A DNA stretch of 56,186 nucleotides, the filler included, from an uncultured Methanosarcinales archaeon (GTDB taxonomy: Archaea > Nanobdellota > Nanobdellia > Woesearchaeales > CAZXZL01): the NCBI GenBank assembly GCA_964645415.1. It is 21 parts of 21 records of this genome, joined end to end, with 100 filler letters (N's around TTAATTAATTAA, not from the genome) between each part and the next. Parts side by side here need not be neighbours in the genome. Positions count along the whole stretch, not along the records: positions 26,761 to 29,538 come from CAZXZL010000065.1; positions 29,639 to 32,179 come from CAZXZL010000067.1; positions 32,280 to 34,630 come from CAZXZL010000068.1; positions 34,731 to 37,064 come from CAZXZL010000069.1; positions 37,165 to 39,240 come from CAZXZL010000070.1; 16 more parts are not named here. The stretch is one strand, 5' to 3'. Of the stretch, positions 28,432-38,346 are shown in pieces. The notes beneath the pieces are model-generated. The model saw nothing but the letters and a program-made list of their open reading frames with translations. It did not search any database and was not told where the DNA came from. The stretch's first letter is position 1. The number at the start of each line of letters is the position of its first letter. The position numbers were made by a program, and so were the translations under genes.

Positions 28432-29509
28432 TCTTATTAATTCTAATAGTAGGATTGAATTCTTAGATGTTTTTCGTGGTTTTGCTCTTTTTTATATGAT
28501 CTTTTTTCATATTTTAGATTATTTATCTGTTAAGTCTATTTATCGTAGTTTTCCTTATTATATTGAGTGGATTCAACAACCTACTGTGATTCCTCCTCCT
28601 TTACTTTTTATGTTTATTTCTGGTATTAGTGTTTTTATTTTTACTATGAGACGTTTGAAAAAGAATTCACCTTTTGATGTTTTGAAGAAGTTATCTTTGA
28701 GATATGGTAAGTATTTACTTGTTAGTTTCTTTTTTACATATGTTATGTGGGGTGAGGGATACTTTTTTGGTTTTGAAGAGGCACTTCAAGGAATTGCTGT
28801 TAGTGCTATATTTTTAGGTGCTATGATTGTTCTTTTTGATAAGAAAAATTGGGAAAAGAGTTTTATTCCTCTTATTTTATTCATGTCTTTGATTAGACAT
28901 TTCTTTTCATATTCACAGTTTAATTTTTATGGAGTTTATGAGATTTTTTACAATTTTTTAGTTAGTGGATGGTTTTCTTTGTTTAATATTGCTCCTTTAA
29001 TGTTAGGTGGTGCTTTGTTTGCAAAACATTTAGCTAATGATGATAATGAAAAGATGTTTACTTTTTCTTCTCTTTTATTATTTTTAACTTTAATGCTTCA
29101 TTCTTTTTTTGGTGGGGGTAGTTCTATTTTTCAGATTAGTTATGGTATGATGTCTTTTAATTTTACTTTATTTTCTATCTCAGTTGCTGGTGTTGTTTTA
29201 TCAATTATTAAGTATATTACTTCTAATTATGATTTTAAAGTATTATATTTTTTAAAAGAGTATGGTTTTGCTTCTTATGAGAATTATATTTTTCATCATA
29301 TTTTTATTGTACTTCCAATTATTCATTTTGGTTTTTTGAATTCTGTTAATAATTATTTAAGTCTTGTTTTTGCTTTCTTACTTTCTATTGTTTCATATAT
29401 TATAAGTAAGGTTTATTTGAAGTTTTTTAAGAAATACAAAAGTAATTTTATTGATCCTATATTTTTTCTACTTCTGATTTGGAGTTTTATATTGTATTTT
29501 ATTATTTGA
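28400..29509 (+). CDS. Membrane acyltransferase, DUF1624/HGSNAT-like
   Basis: RIEFLDVFRGFALFYMIFFH, FMFISG, YIFHH; about 10 TM helices; exact start uncertain. Confidence 0.8.
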   Translation: MKFQGCLKIVDLINSNSRIEFLDVFRGFALFYMIFFHILDYLSVKSIYRSFPYYIEWIQQPTVIPPPLLFMFISGISVFIFTMRRLKKNSPFDVLKKLSLRYGKYLLVSFFFTYVMWGEGYFFGFEEALQGIAVSAIFLGAMIVLFDKKNWEKSFIPLILFMSLIRHFFSYSQFNFYGVYEIFYNFLVSGWFSLFNIAPLMLGGALFAKHLANDDNEKMFTFSSLLLFLTLMLHSFFGGGSSIFQISYGMMSFNFTLFSISVAGVVLSIIKYITSNYDFKVLYFLKEYGFASYENYIFHHIFIVLPIIHFGFLNSVNNYLSLVFAFLLSIVSYIISKVYLKFFKKYKSNFIDPIFFLLLIWSFILYFII

Positions 29510-29510
29510 C

Positions 29511-29538
29511 CACAATTTCTGTCACACAATCTTTATCA
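29511..29538 (-). repeat. Repeat family A: two 14-bp units at a contig end
   Basis: cacaatttctgtca cacaatctttatca; second unit identical to 4575-4588. Confidence 0.75.
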
Positions 29539-29638
29539 NNNNNNNNNNNNNNNNNNNNNNNNNNNNNNNNNNNNNNNNNNNNTTAATTAATTAANNNNNN
29601 NNNNNNNNNNNNNNNNNNNNNNNNNNNNNNNNNNNNNN

Positions 29639-30336
29639 TTTGAATTTGATCTTATTCTTTTAACAGATCTAAATATTTCTGCTATTTTCTTTTCAAGTTC
29701 TATATCTATTTGATTATATATCTTTTCAGATTTCTTCTCAAGTATCTCTAAATAATAATTAAGTATATCTTCTTCATAATTCATATTCTTTGATATAAAT
29801 GTATACTTATTAATATCTGTAAATATAATATATTTAACTTTAGTAGCAGACTCTAAATCTAAAAAATAATAATTACTATTATCTTTTATTATATTACTTC
29901 TATGAAAATCGTTATGAATAAGAATTTTTTCATCTATTGCTCCTTTTATCATATAATTTATTATTTCTTTCATTAATTTAAAGAAGTATTTAATCCCTAT
30001 ATCAGGTATAATAAGAAAAGAAAATAATATTGTCTTAAACATAGGACTATCTATTAAAGATAAAATAAAATTCGTCTCGGGTTCAACTCCAGATAACTGA
30101 AAATCAACTAACTTTTCAACTGCTTTATAACACTCTTTTTCTTCTGGACGATTTCCATCAATATACTCTATTTTAAGCTTCATATTCTCTACATCTAAAA
30201 GTTTTGGTATATCTTTTTCTAATCGTTCATACAAACTTTTTTCTTTTAGAAATCGCCACTTTTTAAAACGTCTTGAACTTAATTTAAAATCTTTTATTAC
30301 TATATTGTTCTCTTTATCTATCTTAGTTCTTGACAT
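29639..30336 (-). CDS. APH/choline-kinase-like phosphotransferase, truncated
   Basis: IHNDFHRSNI (HxDxxxxN) and FLDLE motifs. Confidence 0.75.
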
Positions 30337-30441
30337 ATTTTGTTATTTTAATTTATATTATTAAATCTTTCTAATTATTTAAGTTCCTAAAAATATGTTA
30401 AATATTTAAATAAGTAACACTACATCATAATTATTAACAAC

Positions 30442-32031
30442 ATGAAGGATAAAAAAAACAAAAAGGATAATCTTGAATATAACTCCGATGAATTAGAAGA
30501 AGATAATAAACACATAAAAGAATTTGTAAGTGGAGGTGGAGCAGTTTTTATTGCAAAAATTGTTGGTTACATCTTTGCTTTTCTTTTTAAAGTAATTTTA
30601 GCAAGACACTATGGCCCTGATGAGTATGGATTATTTGAAATGAGTATAACTTTAATTGGTTTTGCATCCACCTTTGCAGCTTTAGGTTTAAAATCATCTG
30701 TTAGCAGATTTATTCCAGAGTATAGAAGTAAAGACAAAAAGAAAATTAAAGGATTAATTAAAGTAATTATAGGTTTTCAACTCCTTTCATCATTAATTAT
30801 TTCCTTTATCTTTGTATCATTTGCAGAAAGCATAACTAAATTCTTTGATTTTCCAGAAGCTTTCACACCTATGATCTTTACACTATCAATTGCACTTCCA
30901 ATTAGTATATTATCAAAAGATTTCAAATCTATATTAAATTCCTATAAAAAAATATTTGTAGGTAAGTTTGGTTCAAACATTTTAAAATATATTATATTAT
31001 TAATAGGTGCTATCTTTGTAACTATTTTTAATCAATCTATGTTTGTTTTCATCATTTTTATTGTAATTTCATACTTAGGAATGCTAATCTATTATCTTTA
31101 TCACTTTATTCCTTTATCCAAAGAATTTAGAAACGAAAAGGCAGAATATGAAATACCAAGATGGTTATCATATTCTATTCCTCTTTTATTTGCAGGAATA
31201 ATTGGAAAATTAATTGGTTGGAGCGATAACTTAGTTATTGCTAGATTCTTAACTGAAGGAGAATTAGGTATTTATGCTGTATCATTTAGTGTAGCATACT
31301 ATTTATTTATTGGATCAATTATGTTTTCAACACAATTCCTACCTATTATGACTGAAGTATATCAAAATAGTAAGAAAAATTTCATAAACCTTTTCCAAAG
31401 GATTAGGAATTGGTCTGTTTTAGTCAGTTTATGTGTTGGCTCTGTATTCATTTTATATGCTAATCAAATCTTATTATTCTTATTCGGAAGAGATTATATT
31501 GCTGGAGCATCTTCACTACAAATATTATCTTTGTTTTTCATAATAACAAATTACTTTTACTTTAGTTCAAAAATTCTTAATCTTGAAGAAGATACTAAAA
31601 AAATTCTTTATGGTGACATCATAACATTAGTATTAAATTTAATTATAACAATATATTTAGTAATTGAAATTGGTATATTAGGTGCAGCAATAGGTTCTGG
31701 TTTTAGTCGTTTCTTAATTAAGTATATCTTTCATTTAATGAGTAAAAAATACATAAAAATTTCTCATGATTATATTCATATTTTAAAATCAACTATCTTA
31801 ACATTCTCTTCAGCTTTTATTAGTTATTTCATAACTAATACTATTTTTAGAAACATATCAATTCATTTTATCTTTTACATAGTCTTAGCAGGATTAATTT
31901 ATAGTATCTTATTATTATTAGGAGCAAGATATCTGAAAATATTTGATAAAAAAGATCTTATTGTTCTTGATTATGTAGAAAAATATACTAAGTTGAATCT
32001 AAACTTTTTTAAGAATTTTTTAATTAAGTAG
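30442..32031 (+). CDS. MOP-superfamily oligosaccharide flippase (Wzx/RfbX-like)
   Basis: LARHYGPDEYG, RFIPEY, LGIYAV, GILGAAIG; about 14 TM helices. Confidence 0.9.
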   Translation: MKDKKNKKDNLEYNSDELEEDNKHIKEFVSGGGAVFIAKIVGYIFAFLFKVILARHYGPDEYGLFEMSITLIGFASTFAALGLKSSVSRFIPEYRSKDKKKIKGLIKVIIGFQLLSSLIISFIFVSFAESITKFFDFPEAFTPMIFTLSIALPISILSKDFKSILNSYKKIFVGKFGSNILKYIILLIGAIFVTIFNQSMFVFIIFIVISYLGMLIYYLYHFIPLSKEFRNEKAEYEIPRWLSYSIPLLFAGIIGKLIGWSDNLVIARFLTEGELGIYAVSFSVAYYLFIGSIMFSTQFLPIMTEVYQNSKKNFINLFQRIRNWSVLVSLCVGSVFILYANQILLFLFGRDYIAGASSLQILSLFFIITNYFYFSSKILNLEEDTKKILYGDIITLVLNLIITIYLVIEIGILGAAIGSGFSRFLIKYIFHLMSKKYIKISHDYIHILKSTILTFSSAFISYFITNTIFRNISIHFIFYIVLAGLIYSILLLLGARYLKIFDKKDLIVLDYVEKYTKLNLNFFKNFLIK

Positions 32032-32045
32032 TTTTTTTAATATAA

Positions 32046-32138
32046 GTGTATTCGTTTCTTGTTTTTATTTCTTCATTAGAGTTCAGTGTGTATTCGTAAA
32101 TTGTCTTTCAGAGTTTGTATTCATTTTATGCTAAAGAA
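32046..32138 (+). repeat. Dispersed repeat family B
   Basis: GTGTATTCGTTT ... GTGTGTATTCGTAAATTGTCTTTCAGAGTTTGTATTCATTTTATGCTAAAGA. Confidence 0.8.
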
Positions 32139-32279
32139 GCTGATGATATCTAAAAATTTAAATTTTTAGGACTTAAAAGNNNNNNNNNNNNNNNNNNNNN
32201 NNNNNNNNNNNNNNNNNNNNNNNTTAATTAATTAANNNNNNNNNNNNNNNNNNNNNNNNNNNNNNNNNNNNNNNNNNNN

Positions 32280-32335
32280 TGATAAAGATTGAGATCAAAT
32301 CATCTAAAAAAAAAGAAGTTTATAAAAACAGAAAC
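32280..32335 (+). repeat. Dispersed repeat family A copy at a contig start
   Basis: TGATAAAGATTGAGATCAAATCATCTAAAAAAAAAGAAGTTTATAAAAACAGAAAC. Confidence 0.85.
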
Positions 32336-32337
32336 AA

Positions 32338-33756
32338 TTAATTACCAACTAATTCTTTTTCTAAATACTCCCATTTATCAAAAGACAACTTAATAAGAGA
32401 ATAAGAACGATATAATAAGAAAACTAAAAGAGGTAATGTAAATAAAAAATTGAAAGAAGATAAGACTAATAAAATAATTAAGAAAGGTAGAATATATATT
32501 AAATAGAGAGCAAATAATTTTGAATTATATAACCTCAAATGTGGACTTAAACCACCTAAATAAATTAAAACAGACATAGAATAAGTTTGAACAACTAAAT
32601 AAAGTAAAATACCTAATAAAGAATCAATAATTCCAAAAGGAGAATATAAAAGAATAACTAAAATAACAACAGAATTAACAAAATAATAAAGATACATTTT
32701 AGAAGAAATTACATCCTTAACCAAAATAGGTAAAGTAAAATATTCATCAATCTCATCAAATTCACAAAGCATAGTATAAGTAGTAGAGGCAAATTGAGCA
32801 AATAAAACAGAAAATAAAAATACAATGTTAAAAATAGGAACAAAGTTCATAAAAATATAAACAATAATTAAAATTAAAACTAAAGGTAACATAAAAAGAA
32901 ATAATATTTTTCCAAAACCCATAAAACTTCTATTAAAATCTAAAATTTGCTTTGAAGCAAGAACAGATTGTGATTTTTTCTTAATTACTTTTTTAACATA
33001 ATTATTAACTTTTCTAAACGAAGATTCAATAACAGTTTTTTCTTTATGTTTTATATCAACATGAGATACATAATAAAGAGATATAAGTGATAATAATGAA
33101 AAAATAGTAAAATTGATTAAAAAAGATGATGTTGAATTAATCATATCTCTTATAAAGAGATAAATATTATTCATATTAATAAAAATAAAAAAACCGACAA
33201 TTAAAACAACTGTAGCAAAGAAGATTTTTCTATGGTTATTGTAAAGAACAGAAAGTATAGAAGATAAAGAGTAACCAAAAACAAAAAACAAAGTAATTGT
33301 TAGATAAAGCATTCCTTCTTGAGATAATAACATACCTAAATAAGGAATTCCTTCAGAAAAGAAATGCATTCCTACTCTCAAACCAAGAATTACAGGAAGT
33401 ATCCAAAATAAAAAGTAAAATAAAATATCTTTTAAAATATGTTTAACCCTAATTGTAGAAACATTTACAGGATGTATTTTTAGGGAATAATTTAAGTGAG
33501 TTGTTTTACTCTTTTTAAAAAAAGATTCTGTAGTCATAAGTGAATAAGAACCAACACTAATACCAAAAATAAAAAAAACAAGTACTAAAAAGAACATTAA
33601 TTGATTAAATGAAAATATTTGAGTTAAATAAGGATATGACAGAATAAATAAAACTCCACCTCCAAAACAAATCAAAGAAAACATAACAAATAATAGCTTA
33701 CCAAATAGATTAGAGTATTTTCTATATTCCTCAATTAAAAAGTATTTAAATAACAT
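32338..33756 (-). CDS. ABC transporter permease
   Basis: About 12 TM helices, immediately downstream of an ABC ATPase. Confidence 0.75.
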   Translation of the reverse strand: MLFKYFLIEEYRKYSNLFGKLLFVMFSLICFGGGVLFILSYPYLTQIFSFNQLMFFLVLVFFIFGISVGSYSLMTTESFFKKSKTTHLNYSLKIHPVNVSTIRVKHILKDILFYFLFWILPVILGLRVGMHFFSEGIPYLGMLLSQEGMLYLTITLFFVFGYSLSSILSVLYNNHRKIFFATVVLIVGFFIFINMNNIYLFIRDMINSTSSFLINFTIFSLLSLISLYYVSHVDIKHKEKTVIESSFRKVNNYVKKVIKKKSQSVLASKQILDFNRSFMGFGKILFLFMLPLVLILIIVYIFMNFVPIFNIVFLFSVLFAQFASTTYTMLCEFDEIDEYFTLPILVKDVISSKMYLYYFVNSVVILVILLYSPFGIIDSLLGILLYLVVQTYSMSVLIYLGGLSPHLRLYNSKLFALYLIYILPFLIILLVLSSFNFLFTLPLLVFLLYRSYSLIKLSFDKWEYLEKELVGN

Positions 33757-33757
33757 T

Positions 33758-34483
33758 TTAAATAATCTTAGAAAGTAATAAATCCATGATTTCTTCTATT
33801 TCTTCTTCATTTCTTTTCTCAAACTTTTCACTTAAATTAATACTATCAATAAGTTCTGCATCTTTTAAGATGAATACTTTATCACATATCCTACTAACAA
33901 TCCATAAATTATGAGTTGAAAGAATAATAGTATTCTCTTTAGAATAATCTTTTAAATAATTATTAGTCTTTTTTTGTAAGATTGGATCTAAATTAACGAG
34001 AGGTTCATCAATTAAGGAAATGTTAGGTTTATGAATAAATGCTTGTGTTACCATTACTTTTTGCTTAGTTCCACGAGAAAGATTCTTAATCAAAAAATCT
34101 AATTCTTTATAATAAGATAAGAATTTTCCCCAATGATCAATTCTATCATCAATATCTTTTATTCCTCTTAATTCTCCAACCATATGTAAATATTCTCGAG
34201 GAGTTAAATAAGAAGTAGGGCTATCTTTTTCAGGTAAAATACCAATCATTTCTCTAATTTTAACTTCATTTTCAGATACGTTTTTATTATCAACAATTAT
34301 TTCTCCTTCAGTTGGTTCAAGCATTCCACCAATACACTTAATTAAAGTGGTTTTTCCAGCACCATTAGGACCTAAAATCCCATAAATACCATTTTTATCA
34401 ATATTAAAAGAGATTTCTTTTAAAGCATAGTGTTCATCGAATTTTTTAGAAACATTATTTACTTCAATTATATTTTCTGACAT
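33758..34483 (-). CDS. ABC transporter ATP-binding protein (exporter type)
   Basis: GPNGAGKT, LSRGTKQK, IDEP, STH. Confidence 0.95.
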   Translation of the reverse strand: MSENIIEVNNVSKKFDEHYALKEISFNIDKNGIYGILGPNGAGKTTLIKCIGGMLEPTEGEIIVDNKNVSENEVKIREMIGILPEKDSPTSYLTPREYLHMVGELRGIKDIDDRIDHWGKFLSYYKELDFLIKNLSRGTKQKVMVTQAFIHKPNISLIDEPLVNLDPILQKKTNNYLKDYSKENTIILSTHNLWIVSRICDKVFILKDAELIDSINLSEKFEKRNEEEIEEIMDLLLSKII

Positions 34484-34572
34484 TTTATAGAAAAACAGAT
34501 TCTTTATTTAAATATTTATTGAAATTAATATAGAATAATTTTTATTCTTATTTTTTGTTTTCATAATCACAT

Positions 34573-34630
34573 ATTTCTTTGTTTTTAGATGATTTGCTCT
34601 CAGCTTTTATCAAAGTTGGCAAGGATGGTA
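34573..34630 (-). repeat. Dispersed repeat family A copy cut by contig end
   Basis: Reverse complement TACCATCCTTGCCAACTTTGATAAAAGCTGAGAGCAAATCATCTAAAAACAAAGAAAT. Confidence 0.8.
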
Positions 34631-34889
34631 NNNNNNNNNNNNNNNNNNNNNNNNNNNNNNNNNNNNNNNNNNNNTTAATTAATTAANNNNNNNNNNNNNN
34701 NNNNNNNNNNNNNNNNNNNNNNNNNNNNNNAAAAAAAACATATTTAATTTTTTTATTCATATTTTTTTCACTTTTTAAGTTCTTTATTACTTAAATAACA
34801 ATATTATACTTTTATATTAATATTCCTTTTAATTACTTTTTTTAAATTTAAATAAAATAATATAAATATAATTAATAAAGTTATTTAAT

Positions 34890-35930
34890 ATGTTTGATTT
34901 TATAAAACGAAAGATAGGATTATCAAAAGATAAAAAATATTCAGTAGAGAATAGAAGATATGAAATAAAAGATAAAACAAATGATAAAACATTAAAAAAA
35001 TTTCTTGATATAACAATTGAAGAAATAATAAATTTAACACAAAAAGAAAAAATTTTTTCTAAATTCACTAATCTTAAAATAACTCTTCAATGTGAAAATT
35101 CAGGGGTATTAAAAGATTCTAGTAAGATTGGTGGAACTATTAATCATCCAGATGAATTAATATTAGACCTTACACCAATTAAACATCCTGCTTATGAATT
35201 AAGTGAACAAGATTTTGATTTTAACTTAGAAGAATATATTCAGAATTATGATATTGAATCTTATAAAAAAGAATTACAAGAAGTTTTAGTTCATGAAGCT
35301 TATCATCTTATCCATTTTCAGAAAAATAAAAGTTTTGAAAAAAGATATTATGATAGTGCAAATAAGCTAGTTTCTTTTCATAAAAAAGACCTTGATTCAA
35401 AATCAGAAGAAATTAATTCCATTTTACTGAGATTAAGAAAACATATTAAAGACTTCTTAACAAGAACTTGGGCAGAAGGCGTTGCAGAATTTTTAGAAGG
35501 ATTATACAATAAAAAAATTTATTTTGACCGAGAAAATTTTCAAAAATTCTATCAAGAAAGTAAAAAAGATTTAAAAAAACTAAAAAAAGAGTTCAATAAA
35601 ATAAAATATTTAATTAAAAAAGGAAACAATAATGAAATAAAAAGAGATTTATTGTATATAAATCATTTAATGAAAAATTTAAATGACTTTACATCATATA
35701 GATTAGGAAGGCATATCTTTTTTTCTTTAAGATACTTATCATCAGAGATTAATAATGAATATATTTTAAAAAAAGATGTGAAAGAAATAATTTTGATATA
35801 TGAAGAATTAATGGAAGCAAATGGTTATCAACCATTAGTTTCTCTTTATTCAAATAAAAGATTTTTTGATTACAAAAATATGTTAATGAGTATTGCAGTT
35901 GAATTTAAGATAAGGATGGGATTAATTTAG
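34890..35930 (+). CDS. Cytoplasmic zincin-like (HExxH) protein
   Basis: LVHEAYHLIH with downstream WAEGVAE and Y.LG; no signal peptide. Confidence 0.7.
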   Translation: MFDFIKRKIGLSKDKKYSVENRRYEIKDKTNDKTLKKFLDITIEEIINLTQKEKIFSKFTNLKITLQCENSGVLKDSSKIGGTINHPDELILDLTPIKHPAYELSEQDFDFNLEEYIQNYDIESYKKELQEVLVHEAYHLIHFQKNKSFEKRYYDSANKLVSFHKKDLDSKSEEINSILLRLRKHIKDFLTRTWAEGVAEFLEGLYNKKIYFDRENFQKFYQESKKDLKKLKKEFNKIKYLIKKGNNNEIKRDLLYINHLMKNLNDFTSYRLGRHIFFSLRYLSSEINNEYILKKDVKEIILIYEELMEANGYQPLVSLYSNKRFFDYKNMLMSIAVEFKIRMGLI

Positions 35931-35931
35931 A

Positions 35932-36501
35932 ATGAAAAATATAATTAGTAAAGCAAAGAAAGAATTTTACAAAGTTGTTGATAATAATGGTTATGACCCA
36001 TTTCATATGAAAACACATCTACCAGAGGTAGAAAGATGGGCAAAGTTTTTATTAAAAAGATATAAAGATGCTAATAAAGAAATTACTCTTTTAGGAGTAT
36101 GGCTTCATGATATTGGACATTATATAAAAAGTGAAGAAGATGATCACTCAATCGTTAGTGAGAAAAAAGCAAAGGAATTTTTAGAAAAACAAAACTATTC
36201 AAAAGAGAAGTTAAAAAAAGTTCTTCATTGTGTAAGATCACATAGATGTAGAGATATAAAACCAAAAACAATTGAAGCAAAAATAGTTGCAGGAGCAGAT
36301 TCTGCATCACATATTACAGAAATAACATATTTTGATATATTAAAAAGAGGACATTTAAAAAACAATGAAAAATATTTAAAAAGTAAAATGAAACGTGATT
36401 TTAATGATATTTCAAAGTTTCCAGAACTAAAAGAAGAATTAAAAGATATGTATCATTCGTGGTTAAATTTAATTAAAGATTACAAAAAAATAGATTATTA
36501 A
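35932..36501 (+). CDS. HD-domain protein
   Basis: HLPEV, WLHDIG, DHS, ADSASH. Confidence 0.85.
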   Translation: MKNIISKAKKEFYKVVDNNGYDPFHMKTHLPEVERWAKFLLKRYKDANKEITLLGVWLHDIGHYIKSEEDDHSIVSEKKAKEFLEKQNYSKEKLKKVLHCVRSHRCRDIKPKTIEAKIVAGADSASHITEITYFDILKRGHLKNNEKYLKSKMKRDFNDISKFPELKEELKDMYHSWLNLIKDYKKIDY

Positions 36502-36527
36502 ATTAAAAAAAAAAGAAAAAAAGTGTT

Positions 36528-36845
36528 TTAAAAACTTAGGTATTTATTAGCAAACTGTCCAATAATAGGGATTTCTTTTTTATCATTATTAATAGCTCTA
36601 ATAATTCCAATAATCCATAATATTGTCATAGCTAAACTAAAAACTGGAATCAATGACCATCCAATAATTGGAATCACACCTAAAATAGCATTACCAATAA
36701 TTGAGATAATACTAAAATTTAAAGCCTGTTTTACATGAAATTTAGTGTCATCATTTTGTACTTTCTTATCAACAAAATACCAAACTATCCCAATTAAAAA
36801 AATATAAGATAATATTGAAACAACCTTACTTTTATCTTTATCCAT
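36528..36845 (-). CDS. DUF4870-like small membrane protein
   Basis: LSYIFLIG, KFHVKQAL, IPIIG motifs; SD GGTGA before ATG 36845. Confidence 0.8.
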   Translation of the reverse strand: MDKDKSKVVSILSYIFLIGIVWYFVDKKVQNDDTKFHVKQALNFSIISIIGNAILGVIPIIGWSLIPVFSLAMTILWIIGIIRAINNDKKEIPIIGQFANKYLSF

Positions 36846-36909
36846 ATATATCACCAATAAATAAATATTTTAATTATATATAAGTTTTATTAATATCTCA
36901 TAATAAGAA

Positions 36910-37064
36910 CTAAAACTTCTCAATTCCAATTACAAACTCTCCTTTGCTTTCAATATCTTCTAATTTACTTTCTATTTCTTTTTTATTATGTATCTCTGAA
37001 TTAATATAAACAACTTCTTCATATCTTTTAGTTAGCTCACGACCAATAAATACTTTTAAATCAT
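36910..37064 (-). CDS. rsmI: RsmI-like 16S rRNA C1402 2'-O-methyltransferase, C-terminal fragment (not in ORF track)
   Basis: Translates as VFIGRELTKRYEEV...KGEFVIGI; RELTK..EE and KGEFV are RsmI hallmarks. Confidence 0.7.
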
Positions 37065-37164
37065 NNNNNNNNNNNNNNNNNNNNNNNNNNNNNNNNNNNN
37101 NNNNNNNNTTAATTAATTAANNNNNNNNNNNNNNNNNNNNNNNNNNNNNNNNNNNNNNNNNNNN

Positions 37165-37283
37165 TTATTATTATTATTACTATTATTGTTATTTAAATTA
37201 TTAGAACCTTTATTGTCATCATTTTCCATATTATTATCAAGATGTTTTGATGCAAGTAATAAAAAAGCAGTTTCTGGATCCAT
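37165..37283 (-). CDS. N-terminus of an Asn-rich protein running into an (AAT)n tract at the contig end
   Basis: MDPETAFLLLASKHLDNNMENDDNKGSNNLNNNSNNNN; ATG just after the stop of the upstream gene. Confidence 0.5.
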
Positions 37284-37284
37284 T

Positions 37285-37851
37285 TTATTTTTTATTTTTA
37301 TTTAAAAGACCTTTTATTGAAGAAGGTGGTTTTGGAAAACCTTTCTTTTTCTTTTTTTGATTATCATTTTGATTATTTTTATTAGGATTATTTAAATTAT
37401 TTTTTAAGTCATTTGGTGGAGAAGGAGGATTAATATTTCCATTTGAATTATTTTTATCATTATCCTCATTATTTTTATCTTGATTATTTTGATTGTTAGG
37501 AATATTTGAATTTAATTGTGAGTTTCCATTATTTTGTTTAATCATTCTAGCTAAAGCAACAATTGCTTGACTCATCTTTTTTATTTCACTTTCAATTCCT
37601 TCTATTTTAGAATTAATTTCATCTAATTGAGACTTATTATTAATATGTTCAGCATCTTTTTTAGCACTTTTAAAAATATCAATTAAAATATCTAATTTAC
37701 TTGAAACATCATCGATATGACCTTTTTTTCTTTTTGGTGATTTCTTTGAACTTTTAGAATAAGAATTATGTTTTAATTCATTAAGTTCACTTTTTAAATC
37801 CTGAATCATTTTCCTTGGAATTAACTCATATTCATCAGTCATAAGAAACAC
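37285..37851 (-). CDS. Hypothetical coiled-coil protein with Asn/Pro-rich tail
   Basis: DEYELIP N-terminal motif, heptads, low-complexity C-terminus. Confidence 0.7.
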   Translation of the reverse strand: MFLMTDEYELIPRKMIQDLKSELNELKHNSYSKSSKKSPKRKKGHIDDVSSKLDILIDIFKSAKKDAEHINNKSQLDEINSKIEGIESEIKKMSQAIVALARMIKQNNGNSQLNSNIPNNQNNQDKNNEDNDKNNSNGNINPPSPPNDLKNNLNNPNKNNQNDNQKKKKKGFPKPPSSIKGLLNKNKK

Positions 37852-37925
37852 CAGATATATCTGTTAAAAATACTCAAATAGAATATAAATAAGTTTGTAA
37901 TGAGGAAAAAGTAATTAATTAAATA

Positions 37926-38339
37926 TTAGTTAATTAATCTTTCAATTAAATCTTTAATTGGTTTATCACTAAAATTTGAAAACTTAACTAAGTACGGATT
38001 TATATTTAATTTAGTTTTACCATTAGAATCAAGAAAAGTAAAGAATAATCCATTATTTTCAGAAAATAAGTCAAAATGTTTAATAAGAAAAGATTTATTA
38101 TCATCATTAAAAAAAGTAATAACAAAAAATCTATCCCATTTATTAGGATCAAAAGAATTTATATCAAAATCAGATAACTTTGGTAAACAAACATATCTTT
38201 TTTTGAGATTATCAGAAACAACATCTATTATTTCTTCATCATCTTTAACTTTTTCAATAATCTCAAATTTATCACTGTTAAATGCCTTGTTCTCTTTATA
38301 TTGAACATAATGTGAAAAAAATTCAACTGAATCCATCAT
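37926..38339 (-). CDS. Hypothetical protein downstream of PCNA
   Basis: 137-aa ORF, co-oriented and tightly spaced. Confidence 0.65.
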   Translation of the reverse strand: MMDSVEFFSHYVQYKENKAFNSDKFEIIEKVKDDEEIIDVVSDNLKKRYVCLPKLSDFDINSFDPNKWDRFFVITFFNDDNKSFLIKHFDLFSENNGLFFTFLDSNGKTKLNINPYLVKFSNFSDKPIKDLIERLIN

Positions 38340-38346
38340 TTTTTCT

